Source: Veleropilina oligotropha (taxonomy: Eukaryota). From it: a stretch of DNA of 64,000 bases. Positions 1-12,480 of the stretch are shown here, piece by piece. The stretch is taken from the NCBI GenBank assembly GCA_048128005.1, contig JBEUKZ010000107.1:496001-560000 (forward strand). The letters are read 5' to 3'. Made by a program: the position numbers and the translations under genes. The notes beneath the pieces were generated by a model. The model saw nothing but the letters and a program-made list of their open reading frames with translations, did no database searches and was not told where the DNA came from. Position 1 is the stretch's first letter, and each line of letters opens with the position of its first letter.

Positions 1-213
1 TAAGGAATGAGACAACCTCATACATACCACTACATGTACTTATTCAGGCTAGGCATAATAACAATCAAGATAAGTTACTTATGATGTTAATTTCTCAGCT
101 ATAATTTCAGGTTTTAATATCATGTGGTATAAAATGTTCATCACAACTTCCCTCAACATATTAATTAATATAATTAATCGTAATACAATTATGTAACAAT
201 AAGAAATACTGAC

Positions 214-485
214 AGCTCCTTCCCGCAGCTCTGCGAAGCGACAACTCATCCTCGAGATCGAACAATATTACGACATCGATACCGCTTGAGGGATCTGGGG
301 TTGGCGGAGGGGGTCGTGGATCAGGGGCCAGCACAGACTTCTTCCCCTTCTTGTCTTTGACGACCGGTTCCTTGGTTTCCTTTGCGGATGCATCGTAGCC
401 GCTCAAAGCTTTCTCCAACATCTTGGCTTGGGAGTAGTTTGTTGGAAATCCATCGAGAACCCAGCCAGTGCCTTCTGGGATACGT
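214..485 (-). CDS. SPEF2: SPEF2 exon 18 (GWVLDGFP adenylate-kinase-like motif); gene continues left of the window
   Basis: ORF 161..550; tttAG acceptor; GTCAGT donor inferred; LDGFP motif. Confidence 0.88.
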
Positions 486-862
486 CTAAATGAGAAATTT
501 GTACAATCAAATATCATTAAACTTTCTTGGCAGAGGAGTGGCAAGCACATGTATCAGGAACATCACTGGGGTTGTTAGGTGTGTCTCTAGTTCCGATGGT
601 TCATTCTACTGCTTAAAATAACATAAGTCATATGCTTCATTTGACATTATAATTGCTTTGGTTTGATTGACGCCCCTTTTAACACCTTTCAGGGCATGTC
701 CATATTAACGCAGGAGAAACGTCCTCACATTATTATCCGGTAAAAGGCATCGCAATGCCAGTCATTCCGGTCAAGTTAACGGGTCTGCACCTGTCAGTAT
801 TTTCACCCATCTTATACATTAACAGAGATAAACGGGCAAACATAGAGATGATCTCATATACA

Positions 863-2176
863 AACTAGAGGAGTTGTTTTTGTGTAAACAAAAACATATG
901 TCTGTCCGTTTGAGAGAAATCATTCCACACTCAGACCCTCAAGAAGTTCCAAAAGTTACAACCTTTTGAAAATCAATAAGGGAACACAAAATTTTATCAT
1001 CCTGCACATGCTTGAAGTGTAAGCCATGCATCTATAAATAAATCAGAAGGATGGATACGATTTTAAATCTCGAAGAACAAGCCCAGACACGATGTGGGGA
1101 TCAAATTAAAGATCATTATGGCTAGGTTAAAGGTCATTTTTGGAAAATTTTGGCTGCCTTGCACAATGTCATGTAAGGGGTGAATAATATATGAAATGAA
1201 ATCATGCTGGCATGTATAGGATCTGAGATATAGACAGGACAAAGTCTGTGTTCGTTAAAGTACATTCTTACCTCTGTGACCTTGACCTTTGACCGAACAA
1301 CAAAACTGAACATTGTTATACAATGCACTCACCCTTACGGAAAAATTTGGTGAAAAAAAATTAAGAAAACAATAAAATATAGAAATCCCCAAATATGGAA
1401 ATTTTTCATCAAAGTCACGTGTACTGTGCCAAGGTTAAAGGCCAAAAGTGCAAAATTTTCATGCCATGCACATGCTTGAAGTATGGACTATGCATCTGCA
1501 AAGAAATTAGAAGGATAAGATTTGAAATCTCAGAGAACCAGGCCGGACACGATTTAGGGGTCAAAGGTCATTATGGCAAGGTCGAAGGTCAATTTGGGAA
1601 AATTACGCCGGCTTGCACAATGGCACGTTAAGGAAATCATGCTGGCATGTACAGAACCAGAGATCTACTCAGACTAGGTGTGTCAGGAAAGTACATTTTA
1701 ACCTCTGCGACCTTGACCTTTGACGTAGCAACAAAATTGAACATTGTTATATAATGTACTCACCACCAGGAAAAAAGTTGGTGGAAAAAATTAAGAAAAC
1801 AATAAAATACAAAAATGCCCAAATATGGAAATTTATCAAGATCACAGTGCCAAGGTCAAAGGTGCAACATTTTAGCGTCCTGCACATGCTTGAAGTGTGG
1901 GCCATGCATCTACAAAGAAATTAGAAGGATAACATTTGACATCTCCGAGAACCAGGCCGGACACGATTTCAAGGTGAAAGGTCATGAGGTCAAGGTCGAA
2001 GGCCATTTTCGCAAAATTTTGCCGAAAAGCACCATGGCATGCTTGGACGATTGACGATAACAAAGGAAATAATGCTGGCACGTATAGGACCTGAGATCTA
2101 GTCCGGACAAGAAAAGTGAGGAAGGAGGAGAAAGAGAACGGAGTGTAAAACAATATGTCTCTCCCATCCTTCGGAC
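863..2176 (+). repeat. Diverged tandem-repeat element (TGACCTTGACCTTTGAC family)
   Basis: Internal ~420-bp duplication (about 1250-1660 vs 1690-2100); ATATGTCT motif near both ends. Confidence 0.5.
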
Positions 2177-2224
2177 TACAACTACATTGCAGATGCTAAT
2201 CTGAAAGCAATTGAAAATTCTTAC

Positions 2225-2328
2225 CTGATTGCTTCAACGAAGACGTCAATAATGATTTGGTCATCCACAGGCTTGCCTTTCTTCAGTAGTCGCATTGCTT
2301 TAGAACCCAATCTCGCCCTTGGAGATAA
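2225..2328 (-). CDS. SPEF2: SPEF2 exon 17 (LSPRARLGSKAMRLLKKGKPVDDQIIIDVFVEAI)
   Basis: ttgtAG/GTAAG boundaries; adenylate-kinase-like 'GKPVDD' segment. Confidence 0.9.
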
Positions 2329-2991
2329 CTACAAAAAAAATGTCGTCAGTAATTTATTATTTATACATGTAGTAGTGTTTTGCTTCGAATATTTTTCGGC
2401 TATTTTCAAAGACCTAGATCACCTTCGATAATCTTTACAAAAATTAAAGTACACCTGTACATGCAGATACTACTTTTTAACCTGCTTGCCAACCAATAGG
2501 TTACAGCATAGTCATATCACAAATTATTAATTCCTGAAGTTACTGATAATCAGAGCTAAATTTATAAATTCCAAATACCAAATATCAAAAACAATTAAAG
2601 GCACATGTTAATCTGTTTGCATTGAAACCTTACAAAACAATTACAATATTAATATTACTGATAAAATGTTTCAAGTACTAGAAAACATTGTCATTCTTCT
2701 TGCGGTACATTCACCGTGAATAAAATATCAAGTTGCTTTCAAGATATACTGTCTGGTGGGAATATAGTCGAACGATAGAGGCATTGAAAAATTTCTACAG
2801 ACTCTCAATCGATATGAGATTGCTTGAAGTTGAAGCATATATATACACATTCATATTTTAAAACTATTAAGTAGATGGTTTCCAGTAGTTGAACAACAAC
2901 TAAGACTACTTAAGGAAAATGTTAAGTTGATCAATAGGTATACAGTTCCTGTTAAGTAGGCAACACAATTAATGGTTGACCTTATTCCAAG

Positions 2992-3299
2992 CAGGGTTCA
3001 TACACTTGGGCTTTGACAAAATTCAAGGACTTTCCAGGACATTATTTGTTGAAATTCCAGGTTATTCCAGGACATTTGTGAGTCTAACTCTAAGACAGGC
3101 ATTGATCACATATAAATATATTATATTGTCTTAAAATTTTATATAAAGTAACACAAAAACTAAATACATGTCGGTTTTGACACAAAAAAGTATGATAAAC
3201 TCAATTTTCCAGGACATAATCAGTAAATTCCAGGCTTTTCAAGGACATTCCAGGACAACACTAAAAATCCAGGACTTTCCAGGACACGTATGAACCCTG
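2992..3299. mobile_element. MITE with CAGGGTTCATAC TIRs and internal TTCCAGGAC repeats
   Basis: Perfect 12-bp TIRs; flanks TCCAAG/TTCAAG (possible 6-bp TSD with 1 mismatch). Confidence 0.8.
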
Positions 3300-3445
3300 T
3301 TCAAGTAATATAATTTTTTTTATTGTGATTTAGGTGACAGCAACTTCATTACACATCACGCCCTCCAAGAAATATATATTACATGCTCAGCATGATATAC
3401 GGTATATTATTATATGGTAAATGTTTTGTGTTGTAAGACATTCAC

Positions 3446-3549
3446 CTGTTGCTTTGCTCCATCTTTTCCTGGTAATCTGGAGCTACTGTCCGCTACGCTC
3501 AGATCAGAGGGTGATGGTTTTTCAATTTCCGGACCATGTAAATCACTCT
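3446..3549 (-). CDS. SPEF2: SPEF2 exon 16 (ESDLHGPEIEKPSPSD...AKQQ)
   Basis: tatAG/GTGAA boundaries; open frame; phase 1 to 0 as required. Confidence 0.65.
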
Positions 3550-3799
3550 CTATAAATAAAATATCACTCAGTGCTATTTATATATTGAATACTTTACACA
3601 ATGACACAAAATGTTGTATACAATAATAATTTGAAATAATGTCTCTATGTTACTTCATAATTTTTATATTTTAAAATAAATAAAACACTTATTATCATAT
3701 TAAAACAAATATACCTGATAAAATTTACCACAATCATAAATAAACTAAACAAGTCACAAAATAAACAATGACACAAAAGTTCCAGGAAGGTTATTGACG

Positions 3800-3946
3800 G
3801 CCATGACTAATATATGAAGCACCGTCAATGAGAGTTGAATCTAATTCTGCCATGACTAATATATGAAGCACCGTCAATGAGAGTTGAATCTAATTCTGCC
3901 ATGACTAATATATGAAGCACCGTCAATGAGAGTTGAATCTAATTCT
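3800..3946. repeat. 49-bp tandem repeat, 3 copies
   Basis: gccatgactaatatatgaagcaccgtcaatgagagttgaatctaattct repeated three times. Confidence 0.95.
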
Positions 3947-4066
3947 CAACTTGCGCAGTTGCAACGAAGTGGTCTCTATCAAGAAATGAAAGTAATTTAC
4001 ATTTTATAAAGCACTTTCGCAAATTGTTAAAACTTCATTTATTTACACATAAAATCTTGATCTTAC

Positions 4067-4135
4067 CAGTGTTAGATTTTATCAAGTCATCCCCTGTAGG
4101 TGCTTTAACATTAAACCCGGGAGGCTGATCAGTTG
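4067..4135 (-). CDS. SPEF2: SPEF2 exon 15 (linker, symmetric phase 1)
   Basis: ttctAG/GTAAG boundaries; open frame. Confidence 0.6.
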
Positions 4136-4376
4136 CTAGAAGAAAATAAGGATACTGCATGTAGATATTTAATAAAATATAAAAGCATTTTACCATCGTT
4201 CATTCGTAAAATATCAAATTGACTAGGTTGATGTACAAACATAATTTTCTTATGTTGTATAAAATTATATACAGAAATATTATGAATCAAATCTGGTATC
4301 ACTTATCTTAATGATTACATTATAAATTTACAATATTAATACACATGCAAATCCGATATAATCAATATACATGTAC

Positions 4377-4440
4377 CTTCTTTCTTTAATAAGTCTGTTT
4401 CCGATGGTTCTTTAGAAGACATCCTTGCTTCATCTGACAT
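4377..4440 (-). CDS. SPEF2: SPEF2 exon 14 (low-complexity linker)
   Basis: acAG/GTACA boundaries; open frame and compatible phase; no recognisable motif. Confidence 0.55.
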
Positions 4441-4753
4441 CTGTATGAACATTAGAATCTTAATTGATAATACAAACTCAGTAAAATGTATAAAAACATT
4501 TCCAAATCTTTTGTCCTTCTATGTTTATCATATATAAACCTATAATGTATCATAAATTCATTGATGTTACAAAACATCATGGCTAAAGTGACAAAAGACA
4601 TTAATTATTTCTATTATTCCTGAAGCAAACTCACTATATTTTCAGAACAAAAAGGAAATTGGACAAATTTCATAATTTGTAAAACATAATTTTCAGTACA
4701 CAAATGCATCATTAAAGTATGAGTTATCTGATGAAGATAGCAATGGTACTTAC

Positions 4754-4839
4754 ATCTTGTTCCATATACTCGTTGGCCTTGTATGCCTCGATTGCATCGT
4801 TCACCAATTCATCCACAGATAGCACCTCCATGCGATGTT
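4754..4839 (-). CDS. SPEF2: SPEF2 exon 13 (EHRMEVLSVDELVNDAIEAYKANE)
   Basis: tgtAG/GTAAGT boundaries; resembles SPEF2 'ILSIDTLVQEAIQAF'. Confidence 0.88.
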
Positions 4840-5138
4840 CTACAGGACAGATAACCAATTTAATGTTTAAAGGACACAACTTTCCATGAAGACAATATTA
4901 TAAAACTGACGCTTGTTGAGTGTATACAATGATTTATTCACTAATAGTTATAATGAAGAAATATTTGGCCGGATATAGTTGACATAAAACAATACACTGG
5001 TGACTTTTATTTCGGCGAATTTGTGTTATCATCAGTCAAATTATTTTTCACACAAATGCAATATTAATCATAACAAAGCTATAACCTGAATAACATACGG
5101 CCTGTAGAACACCGCATGGTGACTAGCTTTCCTCATAC

Positions 5139-5241
5139 CTGTTGCAAGTTGCTGAACACACGTTGTCTTCCCACTGAAGACTTTTCCCAACACGCATGCC
5201 CGTATCGGAAATGGAGGGAACTCTGGTGGTGGAGGAGGAGG
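5139..5241 (-). CDS. SPEF2: SPEF2 exon 12, adenylate-kinase-like P-loop (ACVLGKVFSGKTT)
   Basis: tttAG/GTATG boundaries; GxxxxGKT motif at the expected position in SPEF2. Confidence 0.9.
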
Positions 5242-5369
5242 CTAAAATACAAAATAAATTCGCTAAAATAGCAATGATATAAAGTTTCACTAAGAATACA
5301 TTAATTACAATCATAAAATGTAATCACAAATTATAAAAAAAAATTTAAATAAAAAAATTTAAATAAAAA

Positions 5370-6540
5370 GATAAACAAAATTATTTTGGAGGTAACGGGA
5401 ATCGAACCCCTGACATCTAGATCTTTCGCCAATGTCTTAACCGTTTGCGCCATACAGGCAGTCGAATTATTATGGCTAAATTAGGCTATTTATAATTGGT
5501 GTTACATTTTTGTATTTGCCAATTTTGCCGAAGTTGACAATACTTAACTCGTAATTTTACTAAAGTTTACTAAATCCAAATGCCTTACATATTGTTTTCT
5601 TGTTATTGTATTAACTTATTAGCGTAACTCAATTTATACACCTCGCGCGCGCTTAGGAAATAAAGTATTACTTTTGATTATGGATGACGTAGTGGGTGCA
5701 TCGCTCTAGCGATTTTAACATTACGGCCAATGGGCCGTCACGATTACACTGCTTTCATGTTTTGTCAATACATATCATGCATACACTAGGATATTCTTTA
5801 CAAATTAAAAAGGAAAAATCATACGTAGCAATAGCCAATTACTTGGAAATTATTGTTCACGAGGATGGATCAACAAACGCAATAAAAGACCTAGAGTTGT
5901 TCCCCCTTTCGTTCTTCCAATGGGCCGTCGACATTGAAACACTATTAATTTAATTAAACCTTTTCACTCTTGAGCAATGCATAACACACACCGACAAGGA
6001 TATTCTACTTAATTAAAACAAATTATAAGTATGGTTAATATTTGTTAAATCGCTCTCAAACAGTGTCAAATTCCCACTGTTTCCATGGCAACAAAAAGGT
6101 AGGCCTACCGGTACGAAATTAAATCAGTAAACAACATGGGACATATAATTATTTGGATATATTACAGTTGTCGTAATGCTAAGACTAATTAGTCTTCTTG
6201 TACTCGTTATTTTAATTTTCTGAAATGAATCATTTGGATTTAGTAAATTTCTCCTTTAAGCGATATACCTGAAATATTCAGGAAGGTTGATTACCGTATC
6301 AATGCTTAGCGGTGTAAATTATATCACAGTATTAGCATTATTTTTAAATAAAAATAAAAAAAAATATTTTGAAGGTAACGAGAATCGAGCCCCTGACCGC
6401 TAGATCTTTCGCTAACACCTTAACCGTTTGCGCCATACACACAGTGGAATTACTACGGCTAATTTAGGCTATTTATATTTGGTGTTACATTTTTGCATTT
6501 GCAAATTTTGCCGAAGTTGACAATACTTAACTCGTAATAA
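5370..6540 (-). repeat. Two diverged copies (~5370-5555 and ~6365-6540) of a segment with a tRNA-like head
   Basis: Minus strand TGGCGCAAACGG (A-box) and GGTTCGATTCCC/GGCTCGATTCTC (B-box); no convincing cloverleaf. Confidence 0.55.
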
Positions 6541-7621
6541 CTCAATAGTTACTAAAGCGATATACCTGAAATTTTTGAAGAAAGATAGATTACTGTAACC
6601 TTGCTTAATGGTGTAAATTATATCACGGCGCGTTAGAAGTATTTAAAGAGCTATCACAAAACAAAAATTATTGCTAAAAATTCGCTCAAACACATAAAGT
6701 ACATCGATAAGAGTTTTAGATAATGTCCCACTCTGTCACTTGGTAAAATTTGAGGTGTCTGGTTTCAGTGGCTACATATTTATGGCATTTTCTGCAATTT
6801 GCGTTGGTTGATTTCTAAAATGTTTATAAAGTTCACATTTCACATTTTTTTCTAAATATTTTTGCTGATATCAATATCATTTCATCATGACTATGATTTG
6901 CATAATGTATTTACATAATTTAATTCGATTTGGCGAAATTACAAATTGACCTCCTATTTTTTAAATTTTATATCCCCCTGGTGGCCATCTTGTGTGAGAT
7001 AGATTCTATATAATTCATGTAGTCATTGTCCCCTGATCTAAAGAACATTTTGAGCCTATTTTGATGTTTGTACGATGAAGTGTTTTAACGCTATACAGCC
7101 GAAAACCTATAAATCTGATATTGTGTCATAAAATCCGGACCATCTGCGAGGAGGACTGAGCCAGGGAGAAACCCTACCTTGTGTAAAAATTTCAAGTAAA
7201 TCGGATCAATAGTTTGCGAATGGACATACATACATACATACAAATATACAAATATACGGATATACATACATACATACGAAACCGGAGGCGAGGGTAAAAA
7301 TATAAAAATTCCTCATATGATGTACATATAAGGAAAATTGTTATGTATCTTAGCAAGTTGCATTAAACTAAGAAAGATATATGACGTTTATAATTGTTAT
7401 AAAGCAATCATGGGGTTGTATGGTTGGAATAATACAAGGCTTACAAATGGCAATGAAGCTTGGCAAGATGAGATTACTCACATTGCAACAAAGCCAGCAT
7501 TATCGGAGTAGACAGAAACCATGGAAAATTACAAAAAAATATGAAGATACAATTATAAGAGTTTTAGGAAGAAATGTGCAAATGTCATCATGCAGAATTC
7601 AGACGTATAAATTACACTTAC

Positions 7622-7738
7622 ACTGGGAGGGTGCACCATGTTGAAGAGCCTCTGCACGACATGTCCAACGATGGGGTTATCTCGGGGCGGGGTCGAGATG
7701 TCACAACCCTCCGGAGGCTGCCATTCACCAGTCATGTT
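7622..7738 (-). CDS. SPEF2: SPEF2 exon 11 (NMTGEWQPP...GHVVQRLFNMVHPPS)
   Basis: ORF 7553..7744; gcAG/GTAAGT boundaries. Confidence 0.88.
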
Positions 7739-8410
7739 CTGCAATAGTCATAAATATAAAATATTTTAGAAGAAAAAAGAAACACTTGATTGTCTTGAGA
7801 AAAGATCAAACAAAGACATGAAAGTTCGAAGAAAAATAACAGATACGAATGAATATATAAAATATTTTATAGAGGAAAGAAAATTTTGAAAAATTACATA
7901 AAAAAGTACAGTACTACATTATGATTGACAAAAACGAATCTATACAATTTTAATAACTGTGATCTCCGAAACTTATCACAGTTGCTAAGAAGGTTATGCT
8001 ATATCCTGTGTCTGTTTGTATGTCTGTTATCAGGATTTGGGTGAAATTTTGTGGAAGACTTGGCCTTGGGCCAATTCATTACATTGGGGCAATTAAGGAC
8101 CGATTCATTACATTTTGAGGTGATTAAGGACCGATTCATTACATTTCGAGAGGTGATGCATCTGTCATATCCAAAGATTTCAAGGCAAAATGGAAAATTG
8201 TTTACCCATGGCGGAGATATGTTATCTCAGATTATCCTTGTTATAATTATTTTTTTTGATATGAGGTAAATCCAAAAGGCATAGATAGCTATACACAGTG
8301 TTTATCGGCAACCAGGATAATTTTAAATCCTGCCGGCTAACTAATAAATGTCATTATCATTTAATATCTTAAATATTGGTCGTGGTTCAAGTCTTCGTAT
8401 TGTCAGCCAC

Positions 8411-8573
8411 CTTGTATTCCAGGAAGTCGCCCTCGTCTAAGAGCCGCTGCCTCTCCTCTTCCAGCAGCATGTCTTGGGTGGCTTCGACCTCGACCTCCGA
8501 TACGACCTCATATAGCGGCATCCCCGCCACAAACAGCTCCTTCCATTCTCGCATCAACTTGGATGGTAGAAGG
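8411..8573 (-). CDS. SPEF2: SPEF2 exon 10 (LLPSKLMREWKELF...DFLEYK)
   Basis: ORF 8387..8587; ttccAG/GTGGC boundaries; WKELF motif. Confidence 0.9.
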
Positions 8574-8686
8574 CTGGAAATAAACAAAATATATAATTTG
8601 TAAATCCCTCAGCACTGTAGACGCAACTGAGATGGCTTCAAAAACAGTTCAAAGGTTAAATATAGATTTCGAAAAGGCAGACATTT

Positions 8687-9470
8687 TATTATTATTATTA
8701 TTATTATTATTTAATACATTTATAATGCGCCTATTCTAGTGTAGCTTTAAGCGCAGTACAAACTATAACTAATTAACATTACAGTACAATGTACACAAGA
8801 ATATTCAGGAGAGACATCAATGATACATACCATGAATGCAATAAGCAATAATAATAAACAGAATATTTTTGTTGTTGAGTATTTTCAATTTTATTAATTT
8901 GTTTTTACAACCGCAATCAGACAAAGAGGTGAAGCAGCCACCAGCATGAACTTCAACCAACTTTGAATGGTACATATGATGAATGCTATAAGCAATAACA
9001 ATGAACAGATGTGAAGCAGTCATTACTGTTCTCCACTACTACGATGTCAGCTGAATTGTTAGTGAGATTTGATCAGGTTGGCATATACATCAGCAAATAG
9101 GTGTGTTTTCAACGTCTTCCGAAAACTTGTCTGAGATGTGCTTTCCTTTACTTTAGATGGGAGTTTGTTCCAGAGTTTTGGGGCATTGTTGATAAATGCT
9201 CTATCGCCATATTTATTCATTGTTCTATTCTCTGTCAACTGTTGTAATTGCTGCGACCTAAGTGCTCTAATAGGTCGATATTGAGCCAGAAGTTCAATAA
9301 TATATCCAGGCGCTTTTCCTTGAAGAGAATTGTAAACGAATGTAAGAATTTTGAAGATAATCCGTTTCTCAACAGGGAGCCAGTGTAGGCTATATAGCAG
9401 CGGGGTTGCATGGTCCCTTGGCTGGGCAAGTAAAATCAGCCTGGCTGCGGCATTCTGAACTTGCTGCAAT
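8687..9470 (-). mobile_element. 5'-truncated L2/CR1-clade LINE (3' end of ORF2, 3'UTR, (AAT)n tail)
   Basis: QNAAARLI...LHWLP...RIIFKI...RAF..AP.LWN.LP motif series; (TTA)n run at 8687-8712 on the + strand. Confidence 0.85.
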
Positions 9471-9842
9471 CTATGATGGAGCTGAGGAACACATTCATGC
9501 TAGTTAAATCTTCTAATTTAATATCGATTTGTCATCAAAAATGTTATTGACAGTGCACTATGGAGGTGGCTATATTACGTAGAATTTGGTTTTAATTTGA
9601 ATGCATGTTTTACGTCTCATTTGGGTCATGCCATTAACTGTCCGTAATAATTATCGGACAGAAAACTCCAGGTATGGACCTCTATAATTACTGTTAACAT
9701 CATAAAATCACCATGATTCGCACTCATTCCTATGAAGACAGCACAATAAGATTTGAGTAAATTTAGCATGACGGTTTAATCTACTATGCTATCAACTGGT
9801 TAAAGTCAAGTAGATAGCCCTGTTGCAGCGCATTGCACTCAC

Positions 9843-10030
9843 TTGTTGGTCAGTTGGCGGTACTCGCCCACTTTGCTGGTGAAGTCCACCACCTGGTTGA
9901 TGATGTCCATGCACATGTCATAGCGTTTGCGGTACTTGGCCTCGGCTCTCTCCGCCACGATCTGGTTATGCAGCTCCTGGTCCTTTAGCGTCTGCTCTGC
10001 ATACTCTAACTTAGCCAGCCTGGCCATCTC
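9843..10030 (-). CDS. SPEF2: SPEF2 exon 9 (EMARLAKLEY...KVGEYRQLTN)
   Basis: ORF 9839..10039; gcAG/GTGAGT boundaries. Confidence 0.92.
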
Positions 10031-10357
10031 CTGCAACATAGTTCAGATCACAGACATAAATAAGCCATTATAAGATACAGAGGAAGAGATTGAATTGAGA
10101 ATGAATGAGTTAATTATCAACACAAAACGTATTATTCCTTCATGCATTGATTTTGACCCTTAGCAACACATCTAATAATACATTTGTCATTCGAAGCATC
10201 TGAAGCTGAAAAATCACATAATCAAGTCAGATAAATATCTTTTTTAATATTCATTGTCAAAGAGATAGATATAATTATGTGCTGTAATCTTCATTCAGAA
10301 GACACAGAACAATCATCTTCATTCCTTGGAAATAGACGTCTAACACGATTTTTGGAA

Positions 10358-11456
10358 AAAGTAGAAATGTGTCCATCGGACACGAATGCCCCCACTGGCG
10401 CCTTGACCATGGAGTTATTTACAGACAATTAATGGCATGGGTGAGTTGCAGAAGGGAAGTACGAATGATGATAAGCAAGTGTATGAAGTATCAAGTCAAT
10501 CCATGAAGGCAGATGGAAGTTATAGCAGAATGGAGTTACTCGCATGCAAATACTGGTCCGAAGAGCTACGTCATTTGACCTTGACCTTAGGCATAGGGGC
10601 GACATGGGTGGGTCGCAGAAGGGAAGTATGATTGATGATAAACAAGTGTATGAAGTATCAAGTCAATCCATGAAGGCAGATGGAAGTTATAGCAGAATGG
10701 AGTTACTCGCATGCAAATACTGGTCCGAAGAGCTAAGTCATTTGACCTTGACCTTTGGCATAGGGGTGACATGAGTGGGTCGCAGAAGCGAGGGAGGGAG
10801 GAGGGAGGATGATGCTTAATGTCCTGTATATTTTCAAACATCGAGGTTCAAGGCAGGACATGTCCGTGTTATCGCGGGAGGAAACCCCGGTCACCCGGGT
10901 AAACCCACCCTCTTCGGCCAGTCGCGGACAACTGTGATTCATAACTTGAACAGAAGCTAACTATGAATGATGATATGCAAGTGTATGAAGTATCAAGTCA
11001 ATCCATGAAGGTAGATGGAAGTTATAGCAGAATGGAGTTACTCGCATGCAAATACTGGTCCGAAGCGTTAAGTCATTTGACCTTGACCTTGGGCATAGGC
11101 GCGACATGGATGAGTCGCAGAAGCGAAGTATGAATGATGATAAGCAAGTGTATGAAGTATCAAGTCAATCCATGAAGGCAGATGGAAGTTATAGCAGAAT
11201 GGAGTTACTTGCACGCAATACTGGTTCAAAGAGCTAAGTCATTTGACCTTGACCTTGGGCATAGGGGAGACTGGATGGTTCACAGAAGCAAAGTATGAAT
11301 GATGCTAAGCAAGTGTATGAAGTATCAAGTCAATCCATGAAGGCAGATGGAAGTTATAGCAGAATGGAGTTACTTGCACGCAATACTGGTTTTCTGGATG
11401 GGACGGACAAGGGTAAATATAAATGCCCCCACAATAAATTGGTGGGGGTATAAAAA
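10358..11456 (+). repeat. HINE-like element with ~140-bp tandem units (TGACCTTGACC motif)
   Basis: 5' ...AATGCCCCCAC; tandem units; (GGAC)n; 3' ATGCCCCCAC...GTGGGGGTATAAAA. Confidence 0.65.
10800..10952 (-). mobile_element. 3' fragment of the same SINE family inserted in a tandem-repeat element
   Basis: Reverse complement is nearly identical to about 48975-49125. Confidence 0.8.
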
Positions 11457-11524
11457 CCCAGAAAAGATATATTATTTTTATCCTGCAAAAAGCATTGGAT
11501 TATTGGCTGGCAAATTGATTCTAC

Positions 11525-12083
11525 TAGATGATGAGTTAATGCTTGACTATGCTGTCTTACCGCTTCCCTGTTTATTCTACTAGATGATGAGTTAACGCTT
11601 GACTAAGCTGTCTTACCTCTTCCCTGTTTATTCCACTAGATGATGAGTTAACGCTTGACTAAGCTGTCTTACCGCTTCTCTGTTTATTCCACTAGATGAT
11701 GAGTTAACGCTTGACTAAGCTGTCTTACCGCTTCCCTGTTTATTCCACTAGATGATGAGTTAACGCTTGACTAAGCTGTCTTACCGCTTCCCTGTTTATT
11801 CCACTAGATGATGAGTTAACCCTTGACTAAGCTGTCTTACCGCTTCCCTGTTTATTCCACTAGATGATGAGTTAACGCTTGACTAAGCTGTCTTACCGCT
11901 TCCCTGTTTATTCCACTAGATGATGAGTTAACGCTTGACTAAGCTGTCTTACCGCTTCCCTGTTTCTTCCCCTAGATGATGAGTTAACGCTTGACTACGC
12001 TGTCTGATGATGAGTTAACGCTTGACTACGCTGTCTGATGATGAGTTAACACTTGACTAAGCTGTCTTACCGCTTCCCTGTTT
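11525..12083. repeat. 56-bp minisatellite containing the SPEF2 exon 8 end and splice donor
   Basis: About 8 full units plus two 31-bp partial units, then the true exon junction. Confidence 0.95.
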
Positions 12084-12259
12084 AGAGCGTCATCGAAGTC
12101 CTTCAGTCTCCTCTCTTCGTATTGTTTTTCTCGCAGGATGCGATTGTTGCGGATGACTTCCTTTTCGTGTCTCGTCTGGAGAAGTTGTACGGCAATTCGT
12201 CGTTCCTGCTGTGACTGCCTCATCAGACGGTTGACCAGCATCTCTTCACGACGTGCCTC
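12071..12259 (-). CDS. SPEF2: SPEF2 exon 8 (EARREEMLVNRLMRQSQQERRIAVQL...ALNREA)
   Basis: Conserved SPEF2 motif RLMRQSQQERRIAVQL; ctAG/GTAAG boundaries. Confidence 0.93.
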
Positions 12260-12480
12260 CTAGGGTCACACATGCAATATAAGGAATTATTAACTACATA
12301 AGAATTATTAAATAAAAAGTTGATTGGTTCCTAACGTCATTTAACAAACACTTTTTACAATTTTATCTTATTGCAACCGGGACCCGAGGTTTAAGGTATT
12401 TATCCGATCAGCCTGACATATACGGTTTATATGCGGTTTTAATTTTGTAAGTGAAGCAGGAACCAACAGCTGGGCTTAAA

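Noticed and set aside
5388..5453. Functional tRNA gene
   Set aside because: A and B boxes are present but there is no convincing cloverleaf, and the segment is duplicated with divergence inside a repeat
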